Positions 35,295-47,307 of a DNA stretch of 64,000 bases are shown piece after piece. The position numbers were made by a program, and so were the translations under genes. Source of the stretch: Amoebidium appalachense. Taxonomy: Eukaryota > Protista > Ichthyosporea. The stretch is from positions 3,224,001-3,288,000 of the forward strand of contig CAVNZM010000010.1 of assembly GCA_963693365.1 (NCBI GenBank), written 5' to 3'. The first letter of the stretch is position 1; the number at the start of each line of letters is the position of its first letter. The notes under the pieces are model-generated. The model searched no databases and was not told the origin of the DNA. It was given only the letters and a program-made list of their open reading frames with translations.

Positions 35295-35677
35295 TCTCTC
35301 TTCTCTTTCTCTTTCTCTCTCTCTCTTTCTCTTTCCCTCTTTCTCTGATCTGTCTCTCTCTCTCTCCCTCTTCCTTCTCTCTCTCTCTAGTAGTGGCAAG
35401 TGGAAAGAAAAAATAGGTGATACCCTACTTGGTTTTTTTCTTCTCAATTTTATCTAAATCTCATCATGATAGGGCATTTTTGGTTTACGTATACACTTGG
35501 TTCAGCTTGCATGTACGGGAAACACAAGTTAAGCATGTTAAATAACGATACATTGACATATTTCAACCTGTTGACTATCAGTATCCATCATGGGCTTAGT
35601 GATTACGACCCCGTCTCAACATTGACATCGTAAAAACCAATAAACTGTCTGATCCAAATCACAATGGACCCAATATC

Positions 35678-35717
<40 letters not shown>

Positions 35718-35747
35718 TATGGAACTTTCATGGTGTTACACGGAACT

Positions 35748-35783
<36 letters not shown>

Positions 35784-35950
35784 ACTCATATACTCTTTGA
35801 ACTCGCAAAGAACCAATCCCTAATACTTGTACATGTATTGCATACACAAATATACTCGCACATATACATACACACATTCACTTTAATCTTTCAGGCTACA
35901 TGTGCAATATACATTTATTATGCACAGTCGATTAAGAATTCGTTGTGAAA

Positions 35951-35981
<31 letters not shown>

Positions 35982-36297
35982 TCGTTCCCTCCATATGCAA
36001 TGGGGATAATATTGTTTCCCGCTATTAATTAAAAAATCACCGTTCTAAATTCCTAAGACCGAACCACTTGTAACACCGACAGTTTCGGTTGTGTTGAAAC
36101 CCCCCCCTCCCCCCCCCCCCCCCCCCCCCCCCCCCCCACCCACCCACCACCACCTTACCAATATACGTTACGTATTGGTACAATATCACCAATACTAATT
36201 AAATGTCGTCACGTGTGATGGTGATGGCATCCATGTAGCTCTGCAGCAGTGTGTGTGTGCGGTGCGTGTGTGTGTGGTGTGGAGGCCTGGGGTGGGT

Positions 36298-36332
<35 letters not shown>

Positions 36333-36589
36333 GAGGGGGGGGGGGGGGGGGGGGGGGGATAGACAAATACCAGACATGCATAATTGCACATTCTTTTGCA
36401 GCTACAGTTTGATGATATTTACCCACCGTGTGCACCACTTGTGACCCCAGTCTTCCGAGGTGGTGTCATAGGTGGGCGTCAACACCAATAAATTGACTGG
36501 TGACGGGTGTACAACCAAAGAAACTCAGCAGCACATATAATAACGTTGATGCTATACCCTGCCTAGTTGACGTAATAATTAGTGCACCA

Positions 36590-38400
36590 TCGCACGCGTG
36601 ACCCCCCCCCCCCCCCCCCGGGGGGTGTTTTTGCCGCGCCGTACCCCTGATATTGTAAGTGTACACTGCCCCCACAACCCCAACTGTGTGCTGAATATCT
36701 CGTGCTAGGAAACCAATAACGCGAAAGTAACACATGCATATTAATGCTGCATGATATATGATGTATATGGTACAAGGGGGGTTTCAATCCGGGCTACAAT
36801 GTTGTGTTTTTTTCGGGTGACCCTCGTACTCCAGATTCACACTCACCATCCCCCCCATAAACTTTGTGGTAAATTTCTCGTGCCAGAAGCTGTTCTGTGG
36901 GTAGTTATTGAAAAACCAATAATGTCTAGGTAACATATGTACATATACTATGCTACAAGGGGGTTTCTATACGAGCTACAACGTTGTGTTTTTTTTGTGT
37001 GACCCTCGTACTCCAGGGGCACATTCCCCATCCCCCCCATAAACTGTGTGGTAAATTTCTCGTGCTAGAAGCTGTTCTGTGGGTAGTTATTGAAAAAACC
37101 AATAATGTGTAAGCAACACACTGGCATGTACATATACTATGCTACAAGGGGCGTTCTATTCGAGCTACAACGTTGTGTTTTTTTCGTGTGACCCTCGTAC
37201 TCCAGGGGCACATTTACCTTCCCCCCATAAACTTTGTGGTAAATTTCTCGTGCTAGAGGCTGTTCTGTTGGTAGTTATTGAAAAAACCAAAAATGTCTAG
37301 GTAACACATGGACATATACTATGCTACAAGGGGGGTTCTATACGAGCTACAACGTTGTGTTTTTTTCGTGTGACCCTCGTACTCCAGGGGCACATTCACC
37401 ATCCCCCCCATAAACTTTGTGGTAAATATCTCGTGCTAGAAGCTGTTCTGTTGGTAGTTATTGAAAAAACCAAAAATGTCTAGGTAACACATGGACATAT
37501 ACTATGCTACAAGGGGGGTTCTATACGAGCTACAACGTTGAGTTTTTTTCGTGTGACCCTCGTACTCCAGGGGCACATTCACCATCCCCCCCATAAACTT
37601 TGTGGTAAATATCTCGTGCTAGAAGCTGTTCTGTTGGTAGATATTGAAAAAACCCAAAAATGTCTAGGTAACACATGGACATATACTATGCTACAAGGGG
37701 GGTTCTATACTAGCTACAACGTTGTGTTTTTTTCGTGTGACCCTCGTACTCCAGGGGCACATTCACCATCCCCCCCATAAACTGTGTGGTAAATTTCTCG
37801 TGCTAGAAGCTGTTCTACTGGGTAGTTATTGAAAAAACCAACTTGATGTGTAAGCAACACATGTACATATACTATGCTACAAGTGGGGTTCTATTCGAGC
37901 TACAACGTTGTGTTTTTTTCGTGTGACCCTCGTACTCCAGGGGCACATTTACCATCCCCCCCATAAACTTTGTGGTAAATTTCTCGTGCTAGAGGCTGTT
38001 CTGTTGGTAGTTATTGAAACTTTAAATAATGTCTAGGTAACATATGTACATATACTATGCTACAAGGGGGGTTCTATACGAGCTACAACGTTGTGTTTTT
38101 TTCGTGTGACCCTCGTAATGCAGGGGCACATTCACCATAACCCCCATAAACGTTTTGGTAAATTTCCCGTGCTAGAGGCTGTTCTGTGGGTAGTTATTGA
38201 AAAAATCAATAATGTCTAGGTAACACATGGACATATACTATGCTACAAGGGGGGTTCTATACGAGCTACAACGTTGTGTTTTTTTCGTGTGACCCTCGTA
38301 CTCCAGGGGCACATCCACCATCCCCCCTTATAATTTGTGGTGAATTTCTCATGGTAGAAGCTACTCTGTGGGTAGTTATTGAAAAAACTCGATGCTTATA
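36590..38400. repeat. Tandem array of ~183-bp units (9 well-conserved copies plus a degenerate flank) inside the TIR element
   Basis: Anchor CCCTCGTA(CTCCAG) at 36821, 37003, 37192, 37374, 37557, 37741, 37927, 38110, 38293. Confidence 0.95.
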
Positions 38401-38641
38401 AGTAACGCATCATGCGGCACAAATTGTCATCATAGCATTATACTACCATCATAGTTGGTCGACAATAACGATATATTGGGAACGTGGACACAATATTGTA
38501 AACCAAAAAATAATACCACCATAATATACTACACATACCTAACAATGTATTGTGAATGAATAAAATACTTGCTTACGTGCTGGTAAAATACGAGAAACAA
38601 GGATTCTCTCGCTCCTTTTTTTCTTCTTTTTTGTTTGTTTT

Positions 38642-38688
<47 letters not shown>

Positions 38689-38888
38689 ATGTATGTGTGT
38701 GTGTATGTGCTCGGTTGAGAGGGAAGGGGGGGGCGGATGCACCGTGTGTGTGCATGTGTGCACGTGTGTGTGTGTGTGTGCTCTGTGGAGACGGAATGGG
38801 AGGGGAGGAAATGCACCGTGTGTGTGCATGTGTGTGTGTGTCTCTCTGTATGTGTGTGTGTGTGTGTTGTGTGTTTGTGTGTGTGTGG

Positions 38889-38967
<79 letters not shown>

Positions 38968-39332
38968 ATCAATGATAAGCCGGCTATGTGTTTATCATGG
39001 CGCACCGGTAAATGAATGTGGCGATTATGTGTAAATATATAAACGGAAATACATTATAAAAAAGGACTCACTCAACGAGATGAACGAGCGTTACAAAACG
39101 TACGTGTCTGCCCCCCCCTCCCCCCCCCCCCCCCCCCCCGCGCCCCCCACCCAACCCCCCCTGTCTTCCCTCCTTCCCACTACGACCCCCCCCCCCCCCC
39201 CTGCACGTGTCTAGGTGTATAGATCCTACAGGTAACGATGGCAGGGTTAGGGTTATTCAGTGAAAGAGTGACAATACATAACCAACTGCAGTGTACATAT
39301 GCGTGGATGCCCCAGTGATCGTGTTAATGGCC

Positions 39333-39493
39333 TCTATAATCATCATAGTGGTCATCATTAAAGCCCCATACGACCACCATAAGGATCGCTAGTTATACCC
39401 CCATACGATCATCATAGTGATATCATTCTATGCCTCATACGATCATCATAATGATCACATACCAATATCCATACGATCATCATAATGATCACA
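39333..39493. repeat. Degenerate ~33-35 bp minisatellite (CATACGATCATCATAATGATCAC core), ~5 copies
   Basis: Core recurs at ~39367, 39401, 39436 and 39470, with a degenerate copy at ~39334. Confidence 0.75.
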
Positions 39494-40269
39494 AGAAGAT
39501 GATCTAACGGGCGCAACTGACATGTGAATTTGTTTTTGCACGCCTCATGCAAAACGGATGAGGCTCATCAGGTGGCCGCGTCTTAGGTATGTACAAATTC
39601 AAGTCTACTTTCCCTATGCACATTAACAATATAATAATAAATTTTTTAACACTAATTACCGTGACCTAGGCGAGGGTTGTCAATTAAGAATAGCACAGTG
39701 ACCAAGCAAAGCAAACTACATGCAAAAACCATATTTGCAACGCCTCCGTGTGGTGATACCAAATATGGAACAAAAACTCTATAAGTAACCAATCCGATGC
39801 GCCTGCTGTGCTCATATTCCATGCTGCTGTGATTGGCTTAATCATGAGCCGGGATGACGGAACGGTGGTGGAAGTAGGGTTTGAGGAGGTGAAACAATGG
39901 CAATTGTTGGGGACTAAAAATCAGTGGTTTTATGTGCAAGCCAAATGGGAAATTGTGCTGCCCCCCACGCGAATTTTGAAGCCGTATATAATCAGATCGT
40001 GCATGGCCACCTGTATAGGCATTTGGTATCCGTTTAAGGAATCGTTCGAGTGTGCGCCCATGGGCCGATCCTGGGCCATGACACACACTAATACGATTGC
40101 TTAGCTGGCTTCTCCTCAAATTTTTTTATGTGGGTAGCCTATTAGGTATGCATGTAAAGTAATTAATTTTCTCTCCCTTTATTCACTTTTTACAAAATGA
40201 TATTGGAACGGTATCTTATTTTGAGCCAAAAGATCTCATATTACTATCTGCGTGGATCGCGAACAAGTA

Positions 40270-41560
40270 TCCCGATAGGTATCAGAATGATATTGGGATG
40301 ATATAGTATGGGAAACATCTGGTGTTGCAGAAGAGGATATTGGAATGATATCGTACAATTATGTCACAACATCTCATAATGATATATTCATGGGACTAAA
40401 CAAATATCTGAGAAGTAAAACATAGGTATCGGAATGATATTGTTATGATATAGTATTGGATACATCTGGTTTTGCAGAAAAGGATACTGGAATGATATCG
40501 TACAATTATGTCACAACATCTCATAATGATATATTCGAGGGACTAAACAAATATCTGAAAAGCAAAAAATACATATCGGAATGATATTGTTATGCTATAG
40601 TATTGGATACATCTGGTTTTGCAGAAAAGGATACTGGAATGATATCGTACAATTATGTCACAACATCTCATAATGATATAGTCGTGGGGCTAAACTAATA
40701 TCTGAAAAGTAAAAAATACATATCGGAATGATATTGTTATGCTATAGTATTGGATACATCTGGTTTTGCAGAAAAGGATACTGGAATGATATCGTACAAT
40801 TATGTCACAACATCTCATAATGATATATTCGAGGGACTAAACAAATATCTGAAAAGCAAACAATACATATCGGAATGATATTGTTATGATATAGTATTGG
40901 ATACATCTGGTTTTGCAGAAAAGGATACTGGAATGATATCGTATAATTATGTCACAACATCTCATAATGATATAGTCGTGGGACTTAACTAATATCTGAA
41001 AAGTAAAAAATACATATCGGAATGATATTGTTATGCTATAGTATTGGATACATCTGGTTTTGCAGAAAAGGATACTGGAATGATATCGTACAATTATGTC
41101 ACAACATCTCATAATGATATAGTCGTGGGACTTAACTAATATCTGAAAAGCAAACAATACATATCGGAATGATATTGTTATGATATAGTATTGGATACAT
41201 CTGGTTTTGCAGAAAAGGATACTGGAATGATATCGTACAATTATGTCACAACATCTCATAATGATATAGTCGTGGGACTTAACTAATATCTGAAAAGTAA
41301 ACAATACATATCGGAATGATATTGTTATGCTATAGTATTGGATACATCTGGTTTTGCAGAAAAGGATACTGGAATGATATCGTACAATTATGTCACAACA
41401 TCTCATAATGATATAGTCGTGGGACTTAACTAATATCTGAAAAGTAAAAAATACATATCGGAATGATATTGTTATGCTATAGTATTGGATACATCTGGAT
41501 TTGCAGAAAAGGATATTGGAATGATATCGTACTATTATGTCACAACATCTCAGAATGATA
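40270..41560. repeat. Tandem array of exactly 147-bp units (~8.7 copies), right subterminal region of the TIR element
   Basis: Anchor GATACATCTGG at 40459, 40606, 40753, 40900, 41047, 41194, 41341, 41488, and degenerate at ~40312. Each unit has three (G/T)AATGATAT motifs. Confidence 0.96.
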
Positions 41561-41996
41561 ACGTTTTGGATACTGTCCTAATATCGGAAAGGGGTATAAA
41601 AATAATCAAGATATCCGAAAGGGCCTATTTAGATATTGTGGAGGTATATGAGGATAGTATATCTCTGTGATATCCAAAAAAGTTCTTTCATATCCATTTG
41701 GTATCCATTTTTCATCCGGAAAAAAACAGATATATTCAGTTTTTCAGAAAATTTTATGATAACTATCTAATATCATTTAGATAAATGTTGACTATCTCAA
41801 AAGATATGTAATTGGATGCCGGATGCCATACGCCCATCTGCAATATCTACATCCCCATCCCGGAGGGGTATCGGGATGGAAAACATTGGATGGGCGCCTA
41901 ATATTAGAACGATATTAGACTAATATCTGTTTTGGAATTTCGGTATCTATGATATCATAAATGTTTTTTGGATGGGGGTCGTCCTTTGCTGATGAG

Positions 41997-44900
41997 GGTG
42001 GCCACAGACTCCTGGCCCCCCACATACATGCACTAACTCATCAGGAATTGCCCGGGGGCATTGGTATGCCGGGGGGAGGGGGGGTGCTAATGGTGACCGC
42101 CTATATCCGGAGGTACCTCAAACTAACCCCGTGCAGCACCGATGTAATACAGGCGGTGAAATGTTAAGTGGCACTCCGGTGAATAAGGATGCATCGTGAT
42201 GGGGGTAACCCGGAGTTAGTATTGCCGTTTGGTATGAAGGAGGGGGATTGGACGGTAGAGCAGAAAAATTTATTAGCTAAGTTATTTGATAGGACTCGGT
42301 TTGCATTTCTGGCCGATGATAACGAAGTAGGCTTCGTTAAAGGGTTTGAAATGCAGATCGACACAGGTGATAATAGGCCGGTAGTGATGCCTAGCTATAG
42401 AATGGAGCAGTATAAATTGTCGGATGCGCTAATTATAGTGAGTGATATGTTAAAAAAAAGGGTCATGTGGAGCATAGTTCGAGTCCGTGGAGAAGTCCGG
42501 TGCTATTGGTTAAGAAGCCCGACGGGTCTTGGCGTCTAGTGAACGATTACAGGGCTCTGAATCGGGTCACTAAGGCAGACCAATGGCCTCTCCCTAACAT
42601 AGACGAGCAGCTTTCACAGCTGCACGGCTATACTCACTTTGCTAAACTTGATTTAAAAGCAGCTTTTTGGCAGTCTATAAGGTTGGAGGAGAGCAGCAAG
42701 GAGAAGACTGCCTTTGCACTGGGTGACCAGCTGTTCCAGTACAAGGTGGTGCCGATGGGTTTGCTCTCCTCTCCAGCTATGTTGTGCCGGGTAAATTAAA
42801 TGTATAAAATTCTCCACCCTAATTTGGATGTATGCCACCCTTATTTGGATGATGTTTTAATTAAAGGTAGGTCGTTTGAGGAATTAGTTAATAATTGTGA
42901 AAAAGTATTTTTAGCTTTGGGTGAGTCTGGTCTTCGTATTAGTGGTAGCAAGACTGTGATTGGTGTGCCGGAGGTTAAGTTTTTAGGTCATATCGTTTCT
43001 AGTAATGGTCTTTCCCCTGATCCGGAGAAAATCCGGGCCATAGTTGAGTGGCCACGTCCTCAGACTGTCACTCAACTAAGGCAATTTTTAGGTTTAACTA
43101 ATTATCTTCGTCGTTATATTAAGGATTATAGTATGCTTGCTTTGCCGTTAACTAGTCAGACAGGGGGGGAGAAGAAGAATAGAATAGATTGGAATGTTGA
43201 TGCTGTTTCTGCTTTCGAAAAGCTTAAGTTAGCTTTGCAGTCTTCGAGTATGCTTGTTCATCCTGATTTTTCGGCCGGGGGGGGGGGGATGTTTAAAGTT
43301 CGATGTGATGCAAGTAAGGTTGCTGAGGGGGCAGTGTTATATCAAGTGCAGGAGGGGCAGGATAGAGTGATTGCTTATGCTAGTCGTTCATTTAGTAAAA
43401 GTGAACGTAGATATAGCAATCCGGAGAGATAGTCCCATGCTATCTTTTGGGCAGTCTCACAGGCATGGAGGTATATACTCGCAGGCAGGACTCGGACATT
43501 CGAGGTCTACTCCGACCACAAGCCCTGCCTAGCCATGGCCGGCACCACTCGTCTGGTCAACGAGAGGATGCAGAAGTGGGCCGCGGCTCTCGGTGAGTTC
43601 TCCTATAAATTGTTTTATGCCAAGGGTGAAACAATGGTTGACTGTGATGCTCTCTCTCGGGCTGCTTATATTTTGTTTGAAGAAGAGAAGGAGGGGGAGG
43701 GGGGGGCTAGTGAGAGACGGGGGGGGAGGGGGGGGGAAGGGGGGGAGAGTGAGAAGAAAGGAATAGATGCTGTGTATGTTGATGTGTCTTCTTGGGCTCC
43801 GGGGTTGCTTGCTTCAATAAGTGTCGGGGAGGGGGGGGGAGGTATTTGTCAGTGTCTGAGGTCGGGACCGAGTCTCATGGCTCGGCCCCTGCCTTAGCAC
43901 CTACGGCTTTGATCTTAGCTCAGGAGGAAGATGTGTTGATTGGTCTGGTTAAGAATTATTTAAAGGGGCCGGTTGATTCAATTATATTTATTTAAAAAAA
44001 GGCAGGTGATTAAGGTAGCTAAGTTGGCAAAAATGTGTCAGGTAGAGCAGGATTTAGTTTATCATTGTTCTGGGCCAGACGGACACCGAGTTTGGGTCCC
44101 GACGGCACTTGTGCCTGAGGGTTTGCATATGGTGCATGAGCATCCCATGGCTGGTCATTTAGGTGTAGATTGGACGTTGCTTCGTGTTAATCGTTCGTAT
44201 TTTTTGCCGGGTATGAGTAGGGAGGTGAGGGATTACTGTGTTGTCATGCATGCATTGTCAGGAAAGGAATGAGAGTCCCCACTCTCGGTCTCGACCGTCG
44301 TTTATTAGGGATTCTAATGTTCGTATGTTTAAACGGGTAGCAGTGGATGTGGTTGGTCCTTTTTATTCTACGGTTTCAATTGAGGGTAACACTGTTCTTG
44401 TTACCGTCACCGATGTTGGCCACTCGTTGGGTTGAAGTTTTTCCTCTCCCCTCTGCTAATGCCATTTTGTTTGCTCGTATTTTTGTGGATGAAATTTGTC
44501 TTAGGTTTGGTTGTCCTCGTGTTTTGTTAACGGATAGGAGTAGTGTGTTTTTAAATCAGTTGGTGTCGGAGGTTTGTAAAATTTAAGGGTAGCCCATATC
44601 ACTACGTCTGCATATCACCCTCAAGCAAATGCCATCTCTGAACGTGTGCATGCAGTGTTTCAGAAGTCCTTTGGCAAAATGGTTGATGTGGAGGCTAATG
44701 ATTGGGATCATATGTCTAGGTTTATTGCTCATTCGTATAATTCTACCCCTCATGCTGTGACTGGTTTCTCTCCGTTTTATTTGGTCTATGGGCAGGAGGC
44801 TATTAGTTTGTTAGATACGGCACTTTTGCCGATGGGGGGGACTGACAGACTAACTTATCCCCACTGGACTGAGTTCCGGGAGCAGCTACTAACCCGGGCC

Positions 44901-45584
44901 CGGGCTGCACGTGATGCAGCTCTGGCCCGTACACAGCAGGCACAGGCACGTGCAGACGTGTCCACACGTCCGTTACGTGAATCTGCCAAGGGTACTTTAG
45001 TTTTGATTAGGGATCATACTAGGAAAAAGAGATATAAGCAGGAGCAGGAAGGTAAGGGTGAAGGTGAAGGTCTTCGTAAGTATGGTAAGAAATGGTTGCC
45101 TCTTTTCATTGGTCCGTATAAAATAGTGGCTAGGTTAGGTCCGACGGAATATAAGGTGCAGAGGTTAGATAATGAGAGTGATGTTAGATATTATAATGTA
45201 GATGATATAAAGGAATATTATGATAGGGCCCTTAGGGTAAAACGGCCGGAGGGCCGTCGAGTGTTAGATGCATTCACCCCTGACTATGACGGGTCGGTGG
45301 ATGTATCGGAGGCTGCAGTAGATAAAATTATGGATAAAAAGGTTATCGAAGGCAAGGGAGGTAAGGTAAATCATTATTTTATTCGTTTTGAGGGAGGTTA
45401 TCAGGAAGATCAGTGGTTGCCTGAGTTTCATTTGGATTGCCCGTTTTCTATTCGTGCTTATGAGGCTAGGTTAGTGCAGAGGGAGTTGCCTAGTGCTCCC
45501 TCTAGGCCGAAGAGAGTTATTCCTCAGTTTAATCGTGGTTTGAAAAAGTCGGTGAGGGAGGGCCGGGGGCCGGGGGGGGAGTGA
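41997..45584 (+). pseudogene. pol: pol, 3' part: reverse transcriptase, RNase H, integrase (HHCC, DDE, GPY/F) and chromodomain; several stops and frameshifts
   Basis: RT: SPWRSPVLLVKKPDGSWRLVNDYRALN, LDLKAAFWQ, KTAF, YLDD, FLGH. RH: CDAS, YASR, SDHKP, DALSR. IN: HEHPMAGHLG..C..C, VAVDVVGP, TDR, YHPQANAISER, IGPYKIV. Chromodomain: VDKIMDKK..HYFIRFEGG..DQWLPEFHLDC. Stops at 42797, 43430 and 44584. Confidence 0.95.
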
Positions 45585-45866
45585 TGCAAATACACGTAGA
45601 CACACGGGGGGAGGGGGAGGGGGGGGGGGGGGGGAGACCGAGGGAGGAGTGTGGACGTAGTCGTAGGAATTTAATTTATTATCATAGGTGTCTCCGTAGG
45701 TATCAAGCTTATGGTGTAGATTAATTTATTATTTTCTTCGTAATTTATTCAATTTAATTTTTTTTGGGAGACTGATTAGTCTATGTCTTTTTCGGGGGTG
45801 TTAGGTGTAATGTGACTGAGGTGGGACTCAGCTTTTCCGGGGGCCGGGGGGGGGGGGGGGGGGAGT

Positions 45867-45920
45867 TGACATATACTAGTAATCCGTCTCAGCAGATCAG
45901 CCTAAGTCTACGATCAAGAT

Positions 45921-45952
<32 letters not shown>

Positions 45953-46589
45953 CCACAGATCATCAAGATCAAGTCCGGGGCCTCAAGATAGCTGTACAGC
46001 TGCGAGCATCTTGCTCAGGACCCCGTCAGCTGGAGCAGCCAACCAATAGAACTATAATTAGTGTGTAGGATAGATCATAGGAGGACTTTGGAATGTGATA
46101 AGTTCGGGCAGAAGCCCTTTGTAAATATTGGCAAGTTTTGATAGTGTATGCTGCCAAACGTATTTATATATTTCGGTGTATAGGAAGGAGTAGGGGGGGG
46201 GGGGGGGGAGGGGGGGGGAGGGGGGGGGATGGTATGAAATGTAGAATTAGACTCTGCGGTGCCACTAGGGGAAGGGAGAGGGGTGAGACTTAGATAATTA
46301 TATTAGTGTGAGCCGATCGACTTAGCTCGTGCAGGCGCACGATAGAGTTAGATCGGAATGTATGGAATGTGGCATCGTAGGGGGCCAGGTGATGATGATC
46401 TTGTAGGGCACGGCCTTGATGGCCTCAGTTGTGACTTAGAGCTGGATTCCGTACGGATCCCAGTCTTGCCCGTCGGAGCCTGGTCTAGAATAAACTTCAC
46501 CGTTTTCCGTACACGTTTGTTCCTTTCCGGCACTGTGTACACTTAGAAGAGTGCCGCGTCTCTTAATACACGCACGTTAGGATACGACA
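45867..46589 (+). repeat. 3' LTR (723 bp)
   Basis: Follows the G-rich PPT, reads TGACATATAC...GGATACGACA, and is followed by the TSD GTTTG. Confidence 0.95.
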
Positions 46590-47307
46590 GTTTGCTCCAA
46601 CTAGTCATATGCATCGATGTTGACCAGACCACATTCCGCAAGAAGACATCATTACTGCTGCTTCCCAACAGGCCCCCCTCAAAACCTACCGAGGCACAGC
46701 AAGCAAGTCAGCCTCTAAAAGAGCAATGTGAGGCAGACCAAATCTGAGCTAAAAAAACAATCCCAACGGGCCCGGCCCCTAGATAACCCGGAGAAATTGC
46801 ATCTAGCTCTCTGATAAAGTGGCCTAGTTGTGGCAGGACACACAGAAAAACACAAATACAGAATGCATGCAAGCAAACCCGGTCATTGCCATACGACTGG
46901 AGGCTAAGGACTGGCAGTCACTTGGAAAGCTCCCCGACGACCAAGTAGCCGCCCCTCCACTCACGCAGCGCAGAAGTAGCTGAAGAAGTTGCAGCAGCCC
47001 ACCGCCAATAGGTCGCGTAGAAGCGTAGACAGCGTGTAGAAGTTACCATAGGTTGCAGTGGACCACCAGGCGTTGAAGAAACCACTTCTCAAGCGAGAAA
47101 CTCCGCGAAAGGGAGATGCCCCCACACTCTCACAGCAGTAGGAATACACCACTGGCAGGCCACACCACACACATGCTGCAGTCACGTTCCCCTGAGTGGG
47201 ACTCCCTCCCACCACAAAAAGAAGAAACGAAAGCCTTTATATACCTGCCATGGTGAAGAATCGGAAAAAAAAGCTGACGTGACAGCTAAGAGATCGAAGT
47301 GAAAGTG

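Larger units (their letters stand above)
31144..41994. mobile_element. 10,851-bp TIR DNA element, CMC(CACTA/EnSpm)- or Plavaka-like architecture, apparently non-autonomous
   Basis: Left end CATCAGCAAAGGccacccacccATCCA (31144-31170). Right end reverse complement CATCAGCAAAGGacgacccccATCCA (41969-41994). AG is duplicated at 31142-31143 and 41995-41996. Dense subterminal GAATGATATC/GATATCATTC motifs at both ends. Pol resumes right after the element. Confidence 0.88.
27201..46589 (+). mobile_element. Ty3/Gypsy LTR retrotransposon, chromovirus type, full-length (~8.5 kb without the nested insertion), pseudogenised
   Basis: TG...CA LTRs at 27201-27943 and 45867-46589. 5-bp TSD GTTTG at 27196-27200 and 46590-46594. 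G-rich PPT ~45838-45865. Domain order gag-PR-RT-RH-IN-chromodomain. Confidence 0.96.
27006..47307 (-). mobile_element. 5'-truncated, decayed non-LTR (LINE-like) retroelement of ~0.9 kb (27006-27200 + 46595-47307), interrupted by the LTR element
   Basis: Poly-A-like tail (T-run 27006-27033 on +) preceded on - by AATAAA (~27041-27046). The other half encodes frameshifted remnants resembling the Cys/His-rich end of LINE ORF2 (FPILHHGRY..., CVWCG...CESVG(H)L...WW). Joining 27005 to 47308 restores the satellite monomer. No clear TSD. Confidence 0.5.

Noticed and set aside
39808-40119. 98-aa (+) and 93-aa (-) ORFs as the element's transposase
   Set aside because: Too short, non-ATG starts, and no DDE or other recognisable motif.
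40837-41406. 189-aa ORF with a 49-aa repeat
   Set aside because: It is a by-product of a 147-bp (multiple of 3) unit; neighbouring units contain stops and there is no splice or promoter support.
36590-41560. 183-bp and 147-bp arrays as CRISPR-like repeat-spacer arrays
   Set aside because: Units are near-identical end to end, with no unique spacers, no cas genes and a eukaryotic context.
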